A stretch of 64,000 bases of DNA from Octopus vulgaris (Eukaryota), in the NCBI GenBank assembly GCA_951406725.2, contig OX597824.1, forward strand, positions 11,470,001 through 11,534,000, written 5' to 3'. Each line of letters starts with the position of its first letter. Within the stretch, counting starts at the first letter, position 1. A program made the translations under genes and the position numbers. A model generated the notes under the pieces. The model worked only from the letters and a program-made list of their open reading frames with translations, did not search any database and was not told where the DNA came from. Below are positions 10,975 to 25,167 of this stretch, piece after piece.

Positions 10975-13900
10975 ATGGGTTGGTTAAAAGTTTTTGGCAT
11001 GCAAATTAGGGACTCCAGCATAGAATTAACTGATGTATTTGTTGAGTATATATAAACTTTATACAGCAGGTAAAATTTTTTGGTATGCAAATTAGAGACG
11101 CCAGCATAGAGTTAACTGCTGTATTCAATGAGTTTATATAGTGGTTAAAATTTTGTGGTATGCAAATTAGGGACGCCAGCAAAGAATTAACTGGTATATT
11201 TGTTAAGTATATATAGAGTTTATGGAGCAGTTAAAATTTTACGGTATGCAAATTAGGGACTCAAGCATCGAATTAACTGGTGTATTTGTTGTGTATATAT
11301 AGAGTTAATAGAGCAGTTAAAATTTTTTAATAGGCAAATTAGGGACGCCAGCATGGAATTAACTACTCTTTTGGATGGGTTTATATAGTGGTTAAAATTT
11401 TTTGGTATGCAAATTAGGGAATCCAGCAAAGAATTAACTACTCTTTTGGATGGGTTTATATAGTGGTTAAAATTTTTTGGTATGCAAATTAGGGAATCCA
11501 GCATAGAATTAACTACTCTTTTGGATGGGTTTATATAGTGGTTATAATTTTTTAGTATGCAAATTAGGGAATCCAGCAAAGAATTAACTACTCTTTTGGA
11601 TGGGTTTATATAGTGGTTAAAATTTTGTGGTATGCAAATTAGAGAATCCAGCAAAGAATTAACTACTCTTTTGGATGGGTTTATATAGTGGTTAAAATTT
11701 TTTGGTATGCAAATTAGGGAATCCAGCAAAGAATTAACTACTCTTTTGGAGGGGTTTATATAGTGGTTAAAATTTTTGGTATGCAAATTAGGGAATCCAG
11801 CATAGAATTAACTACTCTTTTGGATGGGTTTATATAGTGGTTATAATTTTTTAGTATGCAAATTAGGGAATCCAGCAAAGAATTAACTACTCTTTTGGAT
11901 GGGTTTATATAGTGGTTAAAATTTTGTGGTATGCAAATTAGAGAATCCAGCAAAGAATTAACTACTCTTTTGGATGGGTTTATATAGTGGTTAAAATTTT
12001 TGGTATGCAAATTAGGGAATCCAGCAAAGAATTAACTACTCTTTTGGAGGGGTTTATATAGTGGTTAAAATTTTTTAGTATGCAAATTAGGGAATCCAGC
12101 AAAGAATTAACTACTCTTTTGGATGAGTTTATATAGAGGTTAAAATTTTTTGGTATGCAAATTAGAGAATCCAGCAAAGAATTAACTACTCTTTTGGATG
12201 GGTTTATATAGTGATTAAAATTTTTTGGTATGCAAATTAGGGAATCCAGCAAAGAGTTAACTACTCTTTTGGATGGGTTTATATAGTGGTTAAAACTTTT
12301 TGGTATGCAAATTAGAGAATCCAGCAAAGAATTAACTACTCTTTTGGATGGGTTTATATAGTGGTTAAAATTTTTTGGTATGCAAATTAGGGAATCCAGC
12401 AAAGAATTAACTGCTCTTTTGGATGGGTTTATATAGTGGTTAAAATTTTTTGGTATGCAAATTAGGGAATCCAGCAAAGAATTAACTACTCTTTTGGATG
12501 GGTTTATATAGTGGTTAAAATTTTTTGGTATGCAAATTAGGGAATCCAGCAAAGAATTAACTACTCTTTTGGATGGGTTTATATAGTGGTTAAAATTTTT
12601 TGGTATGCAAATTAGGGAATCCAGCATAGAATTAACTACTCTTTTGGATGGGTTTATATAGTGGTTATAATTTTTTAGTATGCAAATTAGGGAATCCAGC
12701 AAAGAATTAACTACTCTTTTGGATGGGTTTATATAGTGGTTAAAATTTTGTGGTATGCAAATTAGAGAATCCAGCAAAGAATTAACTACTCTTTTGGATG
12801 GGTTTATATAGTGGTTAAAATTTTTTGGTATGCAAATTAGGGAATCCAGCAAAGAATTAACTACTCTTTTGGAGGGGTTTATATAGTGGTTAAAATTTTT
12901 TGGTATGCAAATTAGGGAATCCAGCATAGAATTAACTACTCTTTTGGATGGGTTTATATAGTGGTTATAATTTTTTTAGTATGCAAATTAGGGAATCCAG
13001 CAAAGAATTAACTACTCTTTTGGATGGGTTTATATAGTGGTTAAAATTTTGTGGTATGCAAATTAGAGAATCCAGCAAAGAATTAACTACTCTTTTGGAT
13101 GGGTTTATATAGTGGTTAAAATTTTTTGGTATGCAAATTAGGGAATCCAGCAAAGAATTAACTACTCTTTTGGAGGGGTTTATATAGTGGTTAAAATTTT
13201 TTAGTATGCAAATTAGGGAATCCAGCAAAGAATTAACTACTCTTTTGGATGAGTTTATATAGAGGTTAAAATTTTTTGGTATGCAAATTAGAGAATCCAG
13301 CAAAGAATTAACTACTCTTTTGGATGGGTTTATATAGTGATTAAAATTTTTTGGTATGCAAATTAGGGAATCCAGCAAAGAGTTAACTACTCTTTTGGAT
13401 GGGTTTATATAGTGGTTAAAACTTTTTGGTATGCAAATTAGAGAATCCAGCAAAGAATTAACTACTCTTTTGGATGGGTTTATATAGTGGTTAAAATTTT
13501 TTAGTATGCAAATTAGGGAATGCAGCAAAGAATTAACTGCTCTTTTGGATGGGTTTATATAGTGGTTAAAATTTTTTGGTATGCAAATTAGGGAATCCAG
13601 CAAAGAATTAACTACTCTTTTGGATGGGTTTATATAGTGGTTAAAATTTTTTGGTATGCAAATTAGGGAATCCAGCAAAGAATTAACTACTCTTTTGGAT
13701 GGGTTTATATAGTGGTTAAAATTTTTTGGTATGCAAATTAGGGAATCCAGCAAAGAATTAACTACTCTTTTGGATGGGTTTATATAGTGGTTAAAATTTT
13801 TTGGTATGCAAATTAGGGAATCCAGCAAAGAATTAACTACTCTTTTGGATGGGTTTATATAGTGGTTAAAATTTTTTGGTATGCAAATTAGAGAATCCAG

Positions 13901-16900
13901 CAAAGAATTAACTACTCTTTTGGATGGGTTTATATAGTGGTTAAAATTTTTTGGTATGCAAATTAGGGAATCCAGCAAAGAATTAACTACTCTTTTGGAT
14001 GGGTTTATATAGTGGTTAAAATTTTGTGGTATGCAAATTAGGGAATCCAGCAAAGAATTAACTACTCTTTTGGATGGGTTTATATAGTGGTTAAAATTTT
14101 TTGGTATGCAAATTAGGGAATCCAGCAAAGAATTAACTACTCTTTTGGATGGGTTTATATAGTGGTTAAAATTTTTTGGTATGCAAATTAGGGAATCCAG
14201 CAAAGAATTAACTACTCTTTTGGATGGGTTTATATAGTGGTTAAAATATTTTGGTATGCAAATTAGGGAATCCAGCAAAGAATTAACTACTCTTTTGGAT
14301 GGGTTTATATAGTGGTTAAATTTTTTTGGTATGCAAATTAGGGAATCCAGCAAAGAATTAACTACTCTTTTGGATGGGTTTATATAGTGGTTAAAATTTT
14401 TTGGTATGCAAATTAGAGAATCCAGCAAAGAATTAACTACTCTTTTGGATGGGTTTATATAGTGGTTAAAATTTTTTGGTATGCAAATTAGGGAATCCAG
14501 CAAAGAATTAACTACTCTTTTGGATGGGTTTATATAGTGGTTAAAATTTTTGGTATGCAAATTAGAGAATCCAGCAAAGAATTAACTACTCTTTTGGATG
14601 GGTTTATATAGTGGTTAAAATTTTTTGGTATGCAAATTAGGGAATCCAGCAAAGAATTAACTACTCTTTTGGATGGGTTTATATAGTGGTTAAAATTTTT
14701 TGGTATGCAAATTAGGGAATCCAGCAAAGAATTAACTAGTCTTTTGGATGGGTTTATATAGTGGTTAAAATTTTTTGGTATGCAAATTAGGGAATCCAGC
14801 AAAGAATTAACTACTCTTTTGGATGGGTTTATATAGTGGTTAAAATTTTTTGGTATGCAAATTAGGGAATCCAGCAAAGAATTAACTACTCTTTTGGATG
14901 GGTTTATATAGTGGTTAAAATTTTTTGGTATGCAAATTAGGGAATCCAGCAAAGAATTAACTACTCTTTTGGATGGGTTTATATAGTGGTTAAAATATTT
15001 TTGGTATGCAAATTAGGGAATCCAGCAAAGAATTAACTACTCTTTTGGATGGGTTTATATAGTGGTTAAAATTTTTTGGTATGCAAATTAGAGGAATCCA
15101 GCAAAGAATTAACTACTCTTTTGGATGGGTTTATATAGTGGTTAAAATTTTTTGGTATGCAAATTAGGGAATCCAGCAAAGAATTAACTACTCTTTTGGA
15201 TGGGTTTATATAGTGGTTAAAATTTTTTGGTATGCAAATTAGGGAATCCAGCAAAGAATTAACTACTCTTTTGGATGGGTTTATATAGTGGTTAAAATTT
15301 TTTGGTATGCAAATTAGGGAATCCAGCAAAGAATTAACTACTCTTTTGGATGGGTTTATATAGTGGTTAAAATTTTTTGGTATGCAAATTAGAGAATCCA
15401 GCAAAGAATTAACTACTCTTTTGGATGGGTTTATATAGTGGTTAAAATTTTTTGGTATGCAAATTAGGGAATCCAGCAAAGAATTAACTACTCTTTTGGA
15501 TGGGTTTATATAGTGGTTAAAATTTTTTGGTATGCAAATTAGGGAATCCAGCAAAGAATTAACTACTCTTTTGGATGGGTTTATATAGTGGTTAAAATTT
15601 TTTGGTATGCAAATTAGGGAATCCAGCAAAGAATTAACTACTCTTTTGGATGGGTTTATATAGTGGTTAAAATTTTTGGTATGCAAATTAGAGAATCCAG
15701 CAAAGAATTAACTACTCTTTTGGATGGGTTTATATAGTGGTTAAAATTTTTGGTATGCAAATTAGGGAATCCAGCAAAGAATTAACTACTCTTTTGGATG
15801 GGTTTATATAGTGGTTAAAATTTTTTGGTATGCAAATTAGAGAATCCAGCAAAGAATTAACTACTCTTTTGGATGGGTTTATATAGTGGTTAAAATTTTT
15901 TGGTATGCAAATTAGGGAATCCAGCAAAGAATTAACTACTCTTTTGGATGGGTTTATATAGTGGTTAAAATTTTTTGGTATGCAAATTAGAGAATCCAGC
16001 AAAGAATTAACTACTCTTTTGGATGGGTTTATATAGTGGTTAAAATTTTTTGGTATGCAAATTAGGGAATCCAGCAAAGAATTAACTACTCTTTTGGATG
16101 GGTTTATATAGTGGTTAAAATTTTTTGGTATGCAAATTAGGGAATCCAGCAAAGAATTAACTACTCTTTTGGATGGGTTTATATAGCGGTTAAAATTTTT
16201 TGGTATGCAAATTAGGGAATCCAGCAAAGAATTAACTACTCTTTTGGATGGGTTTATATAGTGGTTAAAATTTTTTGGTATGCAAATTAGGGAATCCAGC
16301 AAAGAATTAACTACTCTTTTGGATGGGTTTATATAGTGGTTAAAATTTTTTGGTATGCAAATTAGGGAATCCAGCAAAGAATTAACTACTCTTTTGGATG
16401 GGTTTATATAGTGGTTAAAATTTTTTGGTATGCAAATTAGGGAATCCAGCAAAGAATTAACTACTCTTTTGGATGGGTTTATATAGTGGTTAAAATTTTT
16501 TGGTATGCAAATTAGGGAATCCAGCAAAGAATTAACTACTCTTTTGGATGGGTTTATATAGTGGTTAAAATTTTTTGGTATGCAAATTAGAATCCAGCAA
16601 AGAATTAACTACTCTTTTGGATGGGTTTATATAGTGGTTAAAATTTTTTGGTATGCAAATTAGGGAATCCAGCAAAGAATTAACTACTCTTTTGGATGGG
16701 TTTATATAGTGGTTAAAATTTTTTGGTATGCAAATTAGGGAATCCAGCAAAGAATTAACTACTCTTTTGGATGGGTTTATATAGTGGTTAAAATTTTTTG
16801 GTATGCAAATTAGGGAATCCAGCAAAGAATTAACTACTCTTTTGGATGGGTTTATATAGTGGTTAAAATTTTTTGGTATGCAAATTAGAGAATCCAGCAA

Positions 16901-18779
16901 AGAATTAACTACTCTTTTGGATGGGTTTATATAGTGGTTAAAATTTTTTGGTATGCAAATTAGGGAATCCAGCAAAGAATTAACTACTCTTTTGGATGGG
17001 TTTATATAGTGGTTAAAATTTTTTGGTATGCAAATTAGGGAATCCAGCAAAGAATTAACTACTCTTTTGGATGGGTTTATATAGTGGTTAAAATTTTTGG
17101 TATGCAAATTAGGGAATCCAGCAAAGAATTAACTACTCTTTTGGATGGGTTTATATAGTGGTTAAAATTTTTGGTATGCAAATTAGGGAATCCAGCAAAG
17201 AATTAACTACTCTTTTGGATGGGTTTATATAGTGGTTAAAATTTTTGGTATGCAAATTAGAGAATCCAGCAAAGAATTAACTACTCTTTTGGATGGGTTT
17301 ATATAGTGGTTAAAATTTTTTGGTATGCAAATTAGGGAATCCAGCAAAGAATTAACTACTCTTTTGGATGGGTTTATATAGTGGTTAAAATTTTTTGGTA
17401 TGCAAATTAGGGAATCCAGCAAAGAATTAACTACTCTTTTGGATGGGTTTATATAGTGGTTAAAATTTTTGGTATGCAAATTAGAGAATCCAGCAAAGAA
17501 TTAACTACTCTTTTGGATGGGTTTATATAGTGGTTAAAATTTTTGGTATGCAAATTAGGGAATCCAGCAAAGAATTAACTACTCTTTTGGATGGGTTTAT
17601 ATAGTGGTTAAAATTTTTTGTGGTTAAAATTTTTGGTATGCAAATTAGAGAATCCAGCAAAGAATTAACTACTCTTTTGGATGGGTTTATATAGTGGTTA
17701 AAATTTTTGGTATGCAAATTAGGGAATCCAGCAAAGAATTAACTACTCTTTTGGATGGGTTTATATAGTGGTTAAAATTTTTGGTATGCAAATTAGGGAA
17801 TCCAGCAAAGAATTAACTACTCTTTTGGATGGGTTTATATAGTGGTTAAAATTTTTTGGTATGCAAATTAGGGAATCCAGCAAAGAATTAACTACTCTTT
17901 TGGATGGGTTTATATAGTGGTTAAAATTTTTTGGTATGCAAATTAGGGAATCCAGGAAAGAATTAACTACTCTTTTGGATGGGTTTATATAGTGGTTAAA
18001 ATATTTTGGTATGCAAATTAGAGAATCCAGCAAAGAATTAACTACTCTTTTTGATGGGTTTATATAGTGGTTAAAATTTTTGGTATGCAAATTAGGGAAT
18101 CCAGCAAAGAATTAACTACTCTTTTGGATGGGTTTATATAGTGGTTAAAATTTTTGGTATGCAAATTAGGGAATCCAGCAAAGAATTAACTACTCTTTTG
18201 GATGGGTTTATATAGTGGTTAAAATTTTTTGGTATGCAAATTAGAGAATCCAGCAAAGAATTAACTACTCTTTTGGATGGGTTTATATAGTGGTTAAAAT
18301 TTTTGGTATGCAAATTAGGGAATCCAGCAAAGAATTAACTACTCTTTTGGATGGGTTTATATAGTGGTTAAATTTTTTTGGTATGCAAATTAGAGAATCC
18401 AGCAAAGAATTAACTACTCTTTTGGATGGGTTTATATAGTGGTTAAAATTTTTTGGTATGCAAATTAGGGAATCCAGCAAAGAATTAACTACTCTTTTGG
18501 ATGGGTTTATATAGTGGTTAAAATTTTTTGGTATGCAAATTAGGGAATCCAGCAAAGAATTAACTACTCTTTTGGATGGGTTTATATAGTGGTTAAAATT
18601 TTTTGGTATGCAAATTAGAGAATCCAGCAAAGAATTAACTACTCTTTTGGATGGGTTTATATAGTGGTTATAACTTTTTGGTATGCAAATTAGGGAATCC
18701 AGCAAAGAATTAACTACTCTTTTGGATGGGTTTATATAGTGGTTATAACTTTTTGGTATGCAAATTAGCATAGAATTAA
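10975..18779. repeat. 75-bp tandem satellite array (~100 units) in an RSPH4A-like intron
   Basis: Unit TTGGTATGCAAATTAGGGAATCCAGCAAAGAATTAACTACTCTTTTGGATGGGTTTATATAGTGGTTAAAATTTT; diverged units at 10975-11340, highly homogeneous after that. Confidence 0.98.
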
Positions 18780-18895
18780 AAAATACGTACCAGTTGAGCA
18801 CCGGGGTTGATGTAATCTACTTAATCACTCTCCTAAACTTTGCTGGCCTTGTGCCAAAACTTTCAACCAATATAAATGTATTCTTTATCCTGTAG

Positions 18896-19152
18896 GGGCG
18901 ATGTAAGTGGTTCAATGCAACCGCCAAAACTGAGGAAGAGGTTGAAGAAGATGAAGAAGAAGAACGAGAAGAAATGGAAGAACCGCAGCCTGAAATTGGT
19001 CCACCTCTATTAACTCCACTCTCTGAAGACATTAGTCTAAGTGGAATAATACCTTGGACATTATCTGCGTCATCATCAATTATCCCACAGTATGCTGTAG
19101 CTGTATTACAATCCAACTTATGGCCCGGTGCCTATACTTTTTCCACAAGTAG
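18896..19152 (+). CDS. RSPH4A: RSPH4A/6A-like exon
   Basis: TGTAG|..|GTTAGT; [85 protein letters not shown](R). Confidence 0.95.
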
Positions 19153-19982
19153 GTTAGTATGTTCTCTTCTTTGAGTTATACCAGAAAAGATATAGGACCA
19201 TTCTTGTGAGAGTTACACCAAAATGTTTTCAAAAACTTTTTGAAAACACGGGGGAAAAATCACTATATTCACATAAAGGTATGTTGAAGTGGATTGTTTA
19301 GACCCTTGCAAAATATACATGTCAACATAAATTAAGCTCTTTACAGTGCTGTCTTTAAAATCATCATCATCATCATCATCGTTTGACGATAAATGGATGG
19401 AAGCACTCCGTCGGTTATGACGACGAGGGTTCCGGTTGATCCGAATCAACGGAACAGCCTGCTCGTGAAATTAACGTGTAAGTGGCTGAGCACTCCACAG
19501 ACACGTGTACCCTTAACGTAGTTCTTGGGGATATTCAGTGTGACACAGAGAGTGACAAGGCGGGCCCTTTGAAATACAGGTACAACAGAAACAGGAAGTA
19601 AGAGTGAGAGAAAGTTGTGGTGAAAGAGTACAGCAGGGATCACCACCATCCCCTGCCGGAGCCTCGTGGAGCTTTAGGTGTTTTCGCTCAATAAACACTC
19701 ACAACGCCCGGTCTGGGAATCGAAACCGCGAGTCCGCTGCTCTAACCACTGGGCCATTGCGCCTCCACATGATGATAAATGACAATGATGATGATGATGA
19801 TGAGAATCATACATTTCACCCCCTTACAAAACTACTTTGAAATGTCTGTCAATAAGTCTACGATGATACAAGAATTTTGTTTCTTCCACAAAATTTTCTT
19901 GGAAAACCAGTGTGAGTTTTATGCACAAGTGCATCTTATACACCAGAAAATATGGCATATATAAGTGTAGGATAGTTGTAAT

Positions 19983-20290
19983 GGAAGCACTCCGTCGGTT
20001 GAGGGTTCCGGTTGATCCGATCAACGGAACAGCCTGCTCGTGAAATTAACGTAGTTCTCGGGGATATTCAGCATGACAACAGAAACAGGTACAACAGAAA
20101 CAGGAAGTAAGAGTGAGAGAAAGTTGTGGTGAAAGAGTACAGCAGGGATCACCACCATCCCCTGCCGGAGCCTCGTGGAGCTTTAGGTGTTTTCGCTCAA
20201 TAAACACTCACAATGCCTGGTCTGGGAATCGAAACCGCGATCCTACGACCACGAGTCCGCTGCCCTAACCACTGGGCCATTGCGCCTCCA
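19983..20290 (-). mobile_element. tRNA-derived SINE family C
   Basis: Head TGGAGGCGCAATGGCCCAGTGGTTAG..GGTTTCGATTCCC; 15-bp TSD TAGGATAGTTGTAAT. Other copies: 6251-6552, 10640-10942, 19398-19768, 30804-31048, 43275-43490, 55196-55500, 58870-59158, 60013-60298. Confidence 0.88.
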
Positions 20291-20334
20291 TAGGATAGTT
20301 GTAATATTTTTGTTTATATATACGTTGTAAATTT

Positions 20335-20780
20335 CGTTTTTGGATTTTGTTTGCAAGATTCTTTATATTAGTTCGTGTGTTGAAGCATATTCTGTTGTGT
20401 CTGGGGAGAGTCATTTTCTTTTTGTGCCTAACAATGTAACGCACTCACCGGTAAAATTTCCTCTTATTTCTTATATTTATTTTCCTAAAATTTTCGCTGC
20501 GTCTTACAACCTTTTCAATAGTGTTACTTTCTAGCCATGCAGTTTTCAAGTTCAATCCCATTGCACAGCACTTTGGGTAAGTGTCTTCTGCTATGACTTT
20601 GGGTGTCTTCTGCTATAATCCCCTGAGCTCACCAAAGTCAAGACTATTGAAAAGGCTGCAAGACGCAATGAAAATGTTAGCAAAATAAAAATAAGAAATA
20701 AGTGGAAATTTTACCGGTGAGTGTGTTACATTATAAGGGACAAAAAGAAAATGACTCTCCCCAGACACAACAGAATACGT
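20335..20780. mobile_element. Inverted pair of Penelope-like terminal repeat fragments
   Basis: 20385-20522 and 20641-20778 are reverse complements; same family as 2945-3141; both carry decayed U3-A8 hammerhead motifs. Confidence 0.6.
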
Positions 20781-21006
20781 CGTAAATGTTTTGTCTAATA
20801 TTAGTTTTTCTTTTGTTTTTTTTCTCACTTGTTTACATTTGTATTTTTTATTGTTTTTTTTTATATCACTTTGCTGATCACGCATCTCTTTTTCCACTAC
20901 ATCTGCACAGGCAGGATGGCTTTTACAAGTTTGGACATTTATAAACTGTGGAGAATGACAGCTGGATGGTTGAACAACCTCTCTACTCTAACTTTTCCAT
21001 TGTGGT

Positions 21007-21246
21007 TTAACCCTTTTGTTACTGTATTTATTTTGAGATGCTCTATGTTTCTTTTAATTACTTTTAAATATAACGAAGAATTTAGGAAAAAAACCCAAAC
21101 AAACTTAGTTATCATTCAGCTAGTGTTAGGAACATAAATTATGAATAAGGTTTGGTGGAAGATTTTAATTCAAAGCTTATGAAAACAAGACATTTGTAGT
21201 ACAGAGCCAGAGGTGGTTTCATCTGGGTTGGTATCAAAAGGGTTAA
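21007..21246. mobile_element. piggyBac-like TTAA MITE; relatives at 45802-46028, 46050-46244, 56114-56316
   Basis: TTAA-CCCTT...AAGGG-TTAA ends and a shared internal sequence. Confidence 0.7.
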
Positions 21247-21304
21247 CTGATGCTTGTTTTAGTTGTTTTATAGTTGTTTTTTTCCCCCGTTTTAATCATT
21301 GCAG

Positions 21305-21533
21305 GAGATTTGAAAATATTTACATTGGCTGGGGTCACAAGGCAGCGGCTGAAAACTACACCCCACCTCTAATACCAGCCCCAATGGATGAATACTTAGA
21401 TGGGCCGGAAGTGATTGAGATTGATGACCCAACTCCAGAGCAAGAAGCTGCCTTGAGAGCCGAGCAGCAGGCCAATGCCGCAGCTGAAGAAGAATTAGAA
21501 GAAGAGGAGGAAGAGGAAGAAGAAGAGGCTTAA
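21305..21533 (+). CDS. RSPH4A: RSPH4A/6A-like terminal coding exon
   Basis: TTGCAG|; RFENIYIGWGHKAAAENYTPPLIPAPMDEYLDGPEVIEIDDPTPEQEAALRAEQQ... then an acidic tail and a TAA stop; phases of all six exons are consistent. Confidence 0.95.
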
Positions 21534-21584
21534 AACTTCAAACAAAACTTTAGATGTCCCAGAACTATTTATTTTCCTAGTTTC

Positions 21585-21590
21585 AATAAA
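21585..21590 (+). promoter_or_regulatory. Candidate polyadenylation signal of the RSPH4A-like gene
   Basis: AATAAA ~50 nt after the stop, a second AATAAA near 21645, and T-rich sequence downstream. Confidence 0.55.
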
Positions 21591-22479
21591 TTATATGTTT
21601 GGCGAATTTACAGGTGTGAAACAATTCTATAACAACTGTCTCTTAATAAAATCACGATAGCCATATCAAACACACGCGTATTACTGTTATGTTCACTTTT
21701 GCTTTATTTTGTAATGATGATATCTGGCATTTTGTAACGTTCACTTTACGTTCACTTTAGCTTTATTTTGTAATGATTGATATTTGGCATTCTCTCACTT
21801 ATGATGACCTAGCTGGGACTTTTCACCAGCCACAGATTGGGTCAGTGGCCTCCAGCAGATTGTCCACGGGAACTCCCAATTGTCCTCTAAGTTATATGCC
21901 CCTTCCTTCTTCTCTCTATCATCAGAGGCTTCTATTAGAATCTCTCTAAATGTCTGCTGGTTTGCAGGGATTTTGAGCTTCCATAATCCTTCCTAGTATA
22001 CTCTTTACTCTTTTACTTGTTTCAGTCATTTGACTGTGGCCATGCTGGAGCACCGCCTTTAATCGAGCAAATCGACCCCAGGACTTATTCTTTGTAAGGC
22101 TAGTACTTATTCTATCAGTCTCTTTTGCCGAACAGCTAAGTTACGGGGACGTAAACACACCAGCATCGGTTGTCAAGTGATATTGAGGTTGTCTGCAGAA
22201 GGACCTCATAGAATTGGCCATCAGCCAGTCCAGCCTGTGGAACATAGGCAGAGATAGGGACAGTGTTTTAGACAGTGGACTATGGCCACTCTGGGGCACC
22301 ATCTTGAAAGGTTTCAGTTGAATAAATCAAAAACAGTACTTATGATTTTTTATTTGTTTTTTTCTTTTTTTTAATCTAGTACTTTATCAGACTCTTGGTG
22401 AACTACTAAGTTAGAGGAACATAAACAAACCAATACATGTAAAAAGGGGGAAGTGTGCAACAAGCACATGCACACAATA

Positions 22480-22593
22480 TACAGGATGGGCCAAAAGTCA
22501 CGCACCAAGACATTTGACATTTTATTTATATTATTCATTATGTACAAATGTGTATTGAACTCATTTTGTGTGTGATTTTTGGCCCACCTTGTA
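22480..22593. mobile_element. Tc1/mariner-type MITE
   Basis: TA-CAGGATGGGCCAAAAGTCACGCAC ... GTGTGTGATTTTTGGCCCACCTTG-TA. Confidence 0.7.
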
Positions 22594-23273
22594 TTATATA
22601 TATATATATATTACTTGTTTCAGTCATTTGACTGTGGCCATGCTGGGGCACCATCTTGAAGGGTTTTAGCTGAACAAATTGCCCTCAGAATTTTTGTTTT
22701 TTAAGCCTAGAACTTTTGGTTCTATTGGTCTTTTTGCCAAACTGCTAAATTATGACGGCGTAAACACACCAACACCAGTTGTCAAGGAATAGGGGACAAA
22801 GATACACACACACACAATGGGCTTCTTTCAGTTTCCACTTGCCAAATCCACTCACAAGGCTTTGGTTGGCCCAAGATGGTAGAAGACGCTTGCCCAAAGT
22901 GCCACACAGTGATACCGAACCCGGAACCATGTGATTGGAAAGGAAATTTCTTACCACACAGCCATGCCTGCGCCATATATATTTGGCCCACCTTGTATAT
23001 TGTGTGTATGTGCTTGTCACCCACCTCCTCCTTTTACATGTATTGGTTTATGTTCTCGTTAACTTAGTAGTTCAGCTAAAGAGTCTGATAAAGTACTAGA
23101 CTAAAAAATTAAAAAGCCATGAGTACCAGGACTGAGCTTGCTTATCAACCACATGGTTCCAAGTTCAGTCCCACTGCATGGCATCTTGGGCAAGTGCCTT
23201 CTGCTATAGCCTCGGGCCGACCAATGCCTTGTGAGTGGATTTGGTAGACGGAAACTGAAAGAAGCCTGTCGTA

Positions 23274-23310
<37 letters not shown>

Positions 23311-25007
23311 GTGTGTGTATATGTTTGTGTTTGACCCCCTAGCATTGCTTGACAACCGATGCTGGTGTGTTTACGTTCCCGTCACTTAGCGGTTCGGCAA
23401 AAGAGACCGATAGAATAAGTAATGGGCTTACTTACAAAGAATAAGTCCTGTGGTCGATTTGCTCGACTAAAGGCGGTGCTCCAGCATGGCCGCAGTCAAA
23501 TGACTGAAACAAGTAAAAGAGTAAGTAAAAGACTAACTAAAATCCTTTCAAAACGATGCCCCATAGTTCAATGTCTGAAATGATTAGATGATAAAAGAAA
23601 AAGAGGAAACGAAATCAAAAAATAAAGTAACAAAAATACGTTAATATGTAACAAAGTAGTTTGACATTTTATTCACATGTTTCCAAAACACACAAGCATT
23701 TGGTTAGATGGAAGCAGTCTATTTACACTTGACACTGCATTGTACATCAAAACTTGAGAGGCGTTGAACAAAGAAAAAAAAAGTGATAATTCTAATTAAA
23801 AATAAGAATAAGATGTCAAAATAATAATAATAATAATTATTATTATAATAAAATAAAAATAAATGATTGATTGTTTCAGAATTGAGTTTCCATATTTAAA
23901 ATTCCATAATTGTTTCAGGAGATGAATATTTTCATTTATCCATAAAATTTATTAATCTCAATTTTTTTTTTTTTTTTAATATATTTCTGTATATCATTAT
24001 TATTTATTAGTTTTAGTTTCTTTATGTATGATTTTTAAAATTTTTTTTATTTCTCTCTTTTCTTTTAGAAAAGAAATATTTTAAGTATTATTTACAGCAT
24101 TTAATGTCAAGGCTGAGCCATAACAGAAGTGAAAAATGTTCTGAAAGAAAAAAAAAAAAAAAAGAAAAAAAGTTGTTATGATGAGAAACAGAAAAAGCTG
24201 TTGGGAGACAAAAATAAAACAAAAAAAAAAAACTAATAGTTTTTAACAATGTTTTTGCAATGCTTTTTGAGTAAGGAACTGGAACTAAATGGAAATCAAG
24301 ACAAGCACCAACAGCAAAGATGGTAAAAGTACACTCAATGTATCCATATGGAAAATAAAATAGAATTTCTTTAAAACTTCTGAAGTACAAGGAAGTGATT
24401 GTATGTGCTTGTGTTTCAACTACAGTTATTATCCAACACTATATAACTTTTCAAACTAGTAACTTCATCTTTGGAGAGAGAAAAAAAAAAGAGAAAAAAA
24501 AAACTTTAATATTTACATCTATACTACATTTCGACTGATTTGATCTCTGATTCTTGGATGCAGTGTACACATGCAGGAATGATGGTTGGAGATAAAACCA
24601 AAAGCAACGTAGCATAGATGAGAATGTTAAAAAAACAGTTCAATGCGAAGATTAAGCTAGTAGTACAAGAACTAATAGTAACTAATAGTAACTAATAGTA
24701 ACAGTTGTTGTACAAGAACTAATAGTAACAGTATCATCCATTGTTGTAATTTTATTTCAGTATAGTCTATATTTGTCTAAATTCATTTATTTTTTTTACT
24801 AATAATAACACAAAATTTATGAGGAACCTAAACTGCTATATATATATATATAGCAATTAAGGACAACTTCTTAATAAGGAAAACTTAACAAGAAATTATC
24901 AGGTAGATAGCGTGAAAGACCTCATAAGAGAAAAAAATTTCGAAAATAATTCTTTCTTATTGAACATATTAATTTATATATAGAGGGCATGTATGTATAA
25001 TAATGCC

Positions 25008-25046
<39 letters not shown>

Positions 25047-25167
25047 ATTTTTAAATTTAAAATGAGGGTGAGAAATTAGATATTAATTTAATTAACATCG
25101 ATTTCACACCAGTGGTCTAGCATTACTGAACATACAATAACACAAATATATATATATATATATATAA

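Noticed and set aside
11340-11415. Satellite monomer as a tRNA-Cys-like cloverleaf (TAGTGGTTAA, TGCAAA, 75 nt)
   Set aside because: No convincing acceptor or T stem and no B box; the resemblance is superficial.
11253-18801. Long minus-strand ORFs with a 25-aa repeat (KNFNHYINPSKRVVNSLLDSLICIP)
   Set aside because: A 75-bp unit with one stop-free frame produces these automatically; frames break at T-run length variants, and the array is intronic and antisense with no splice evidence.
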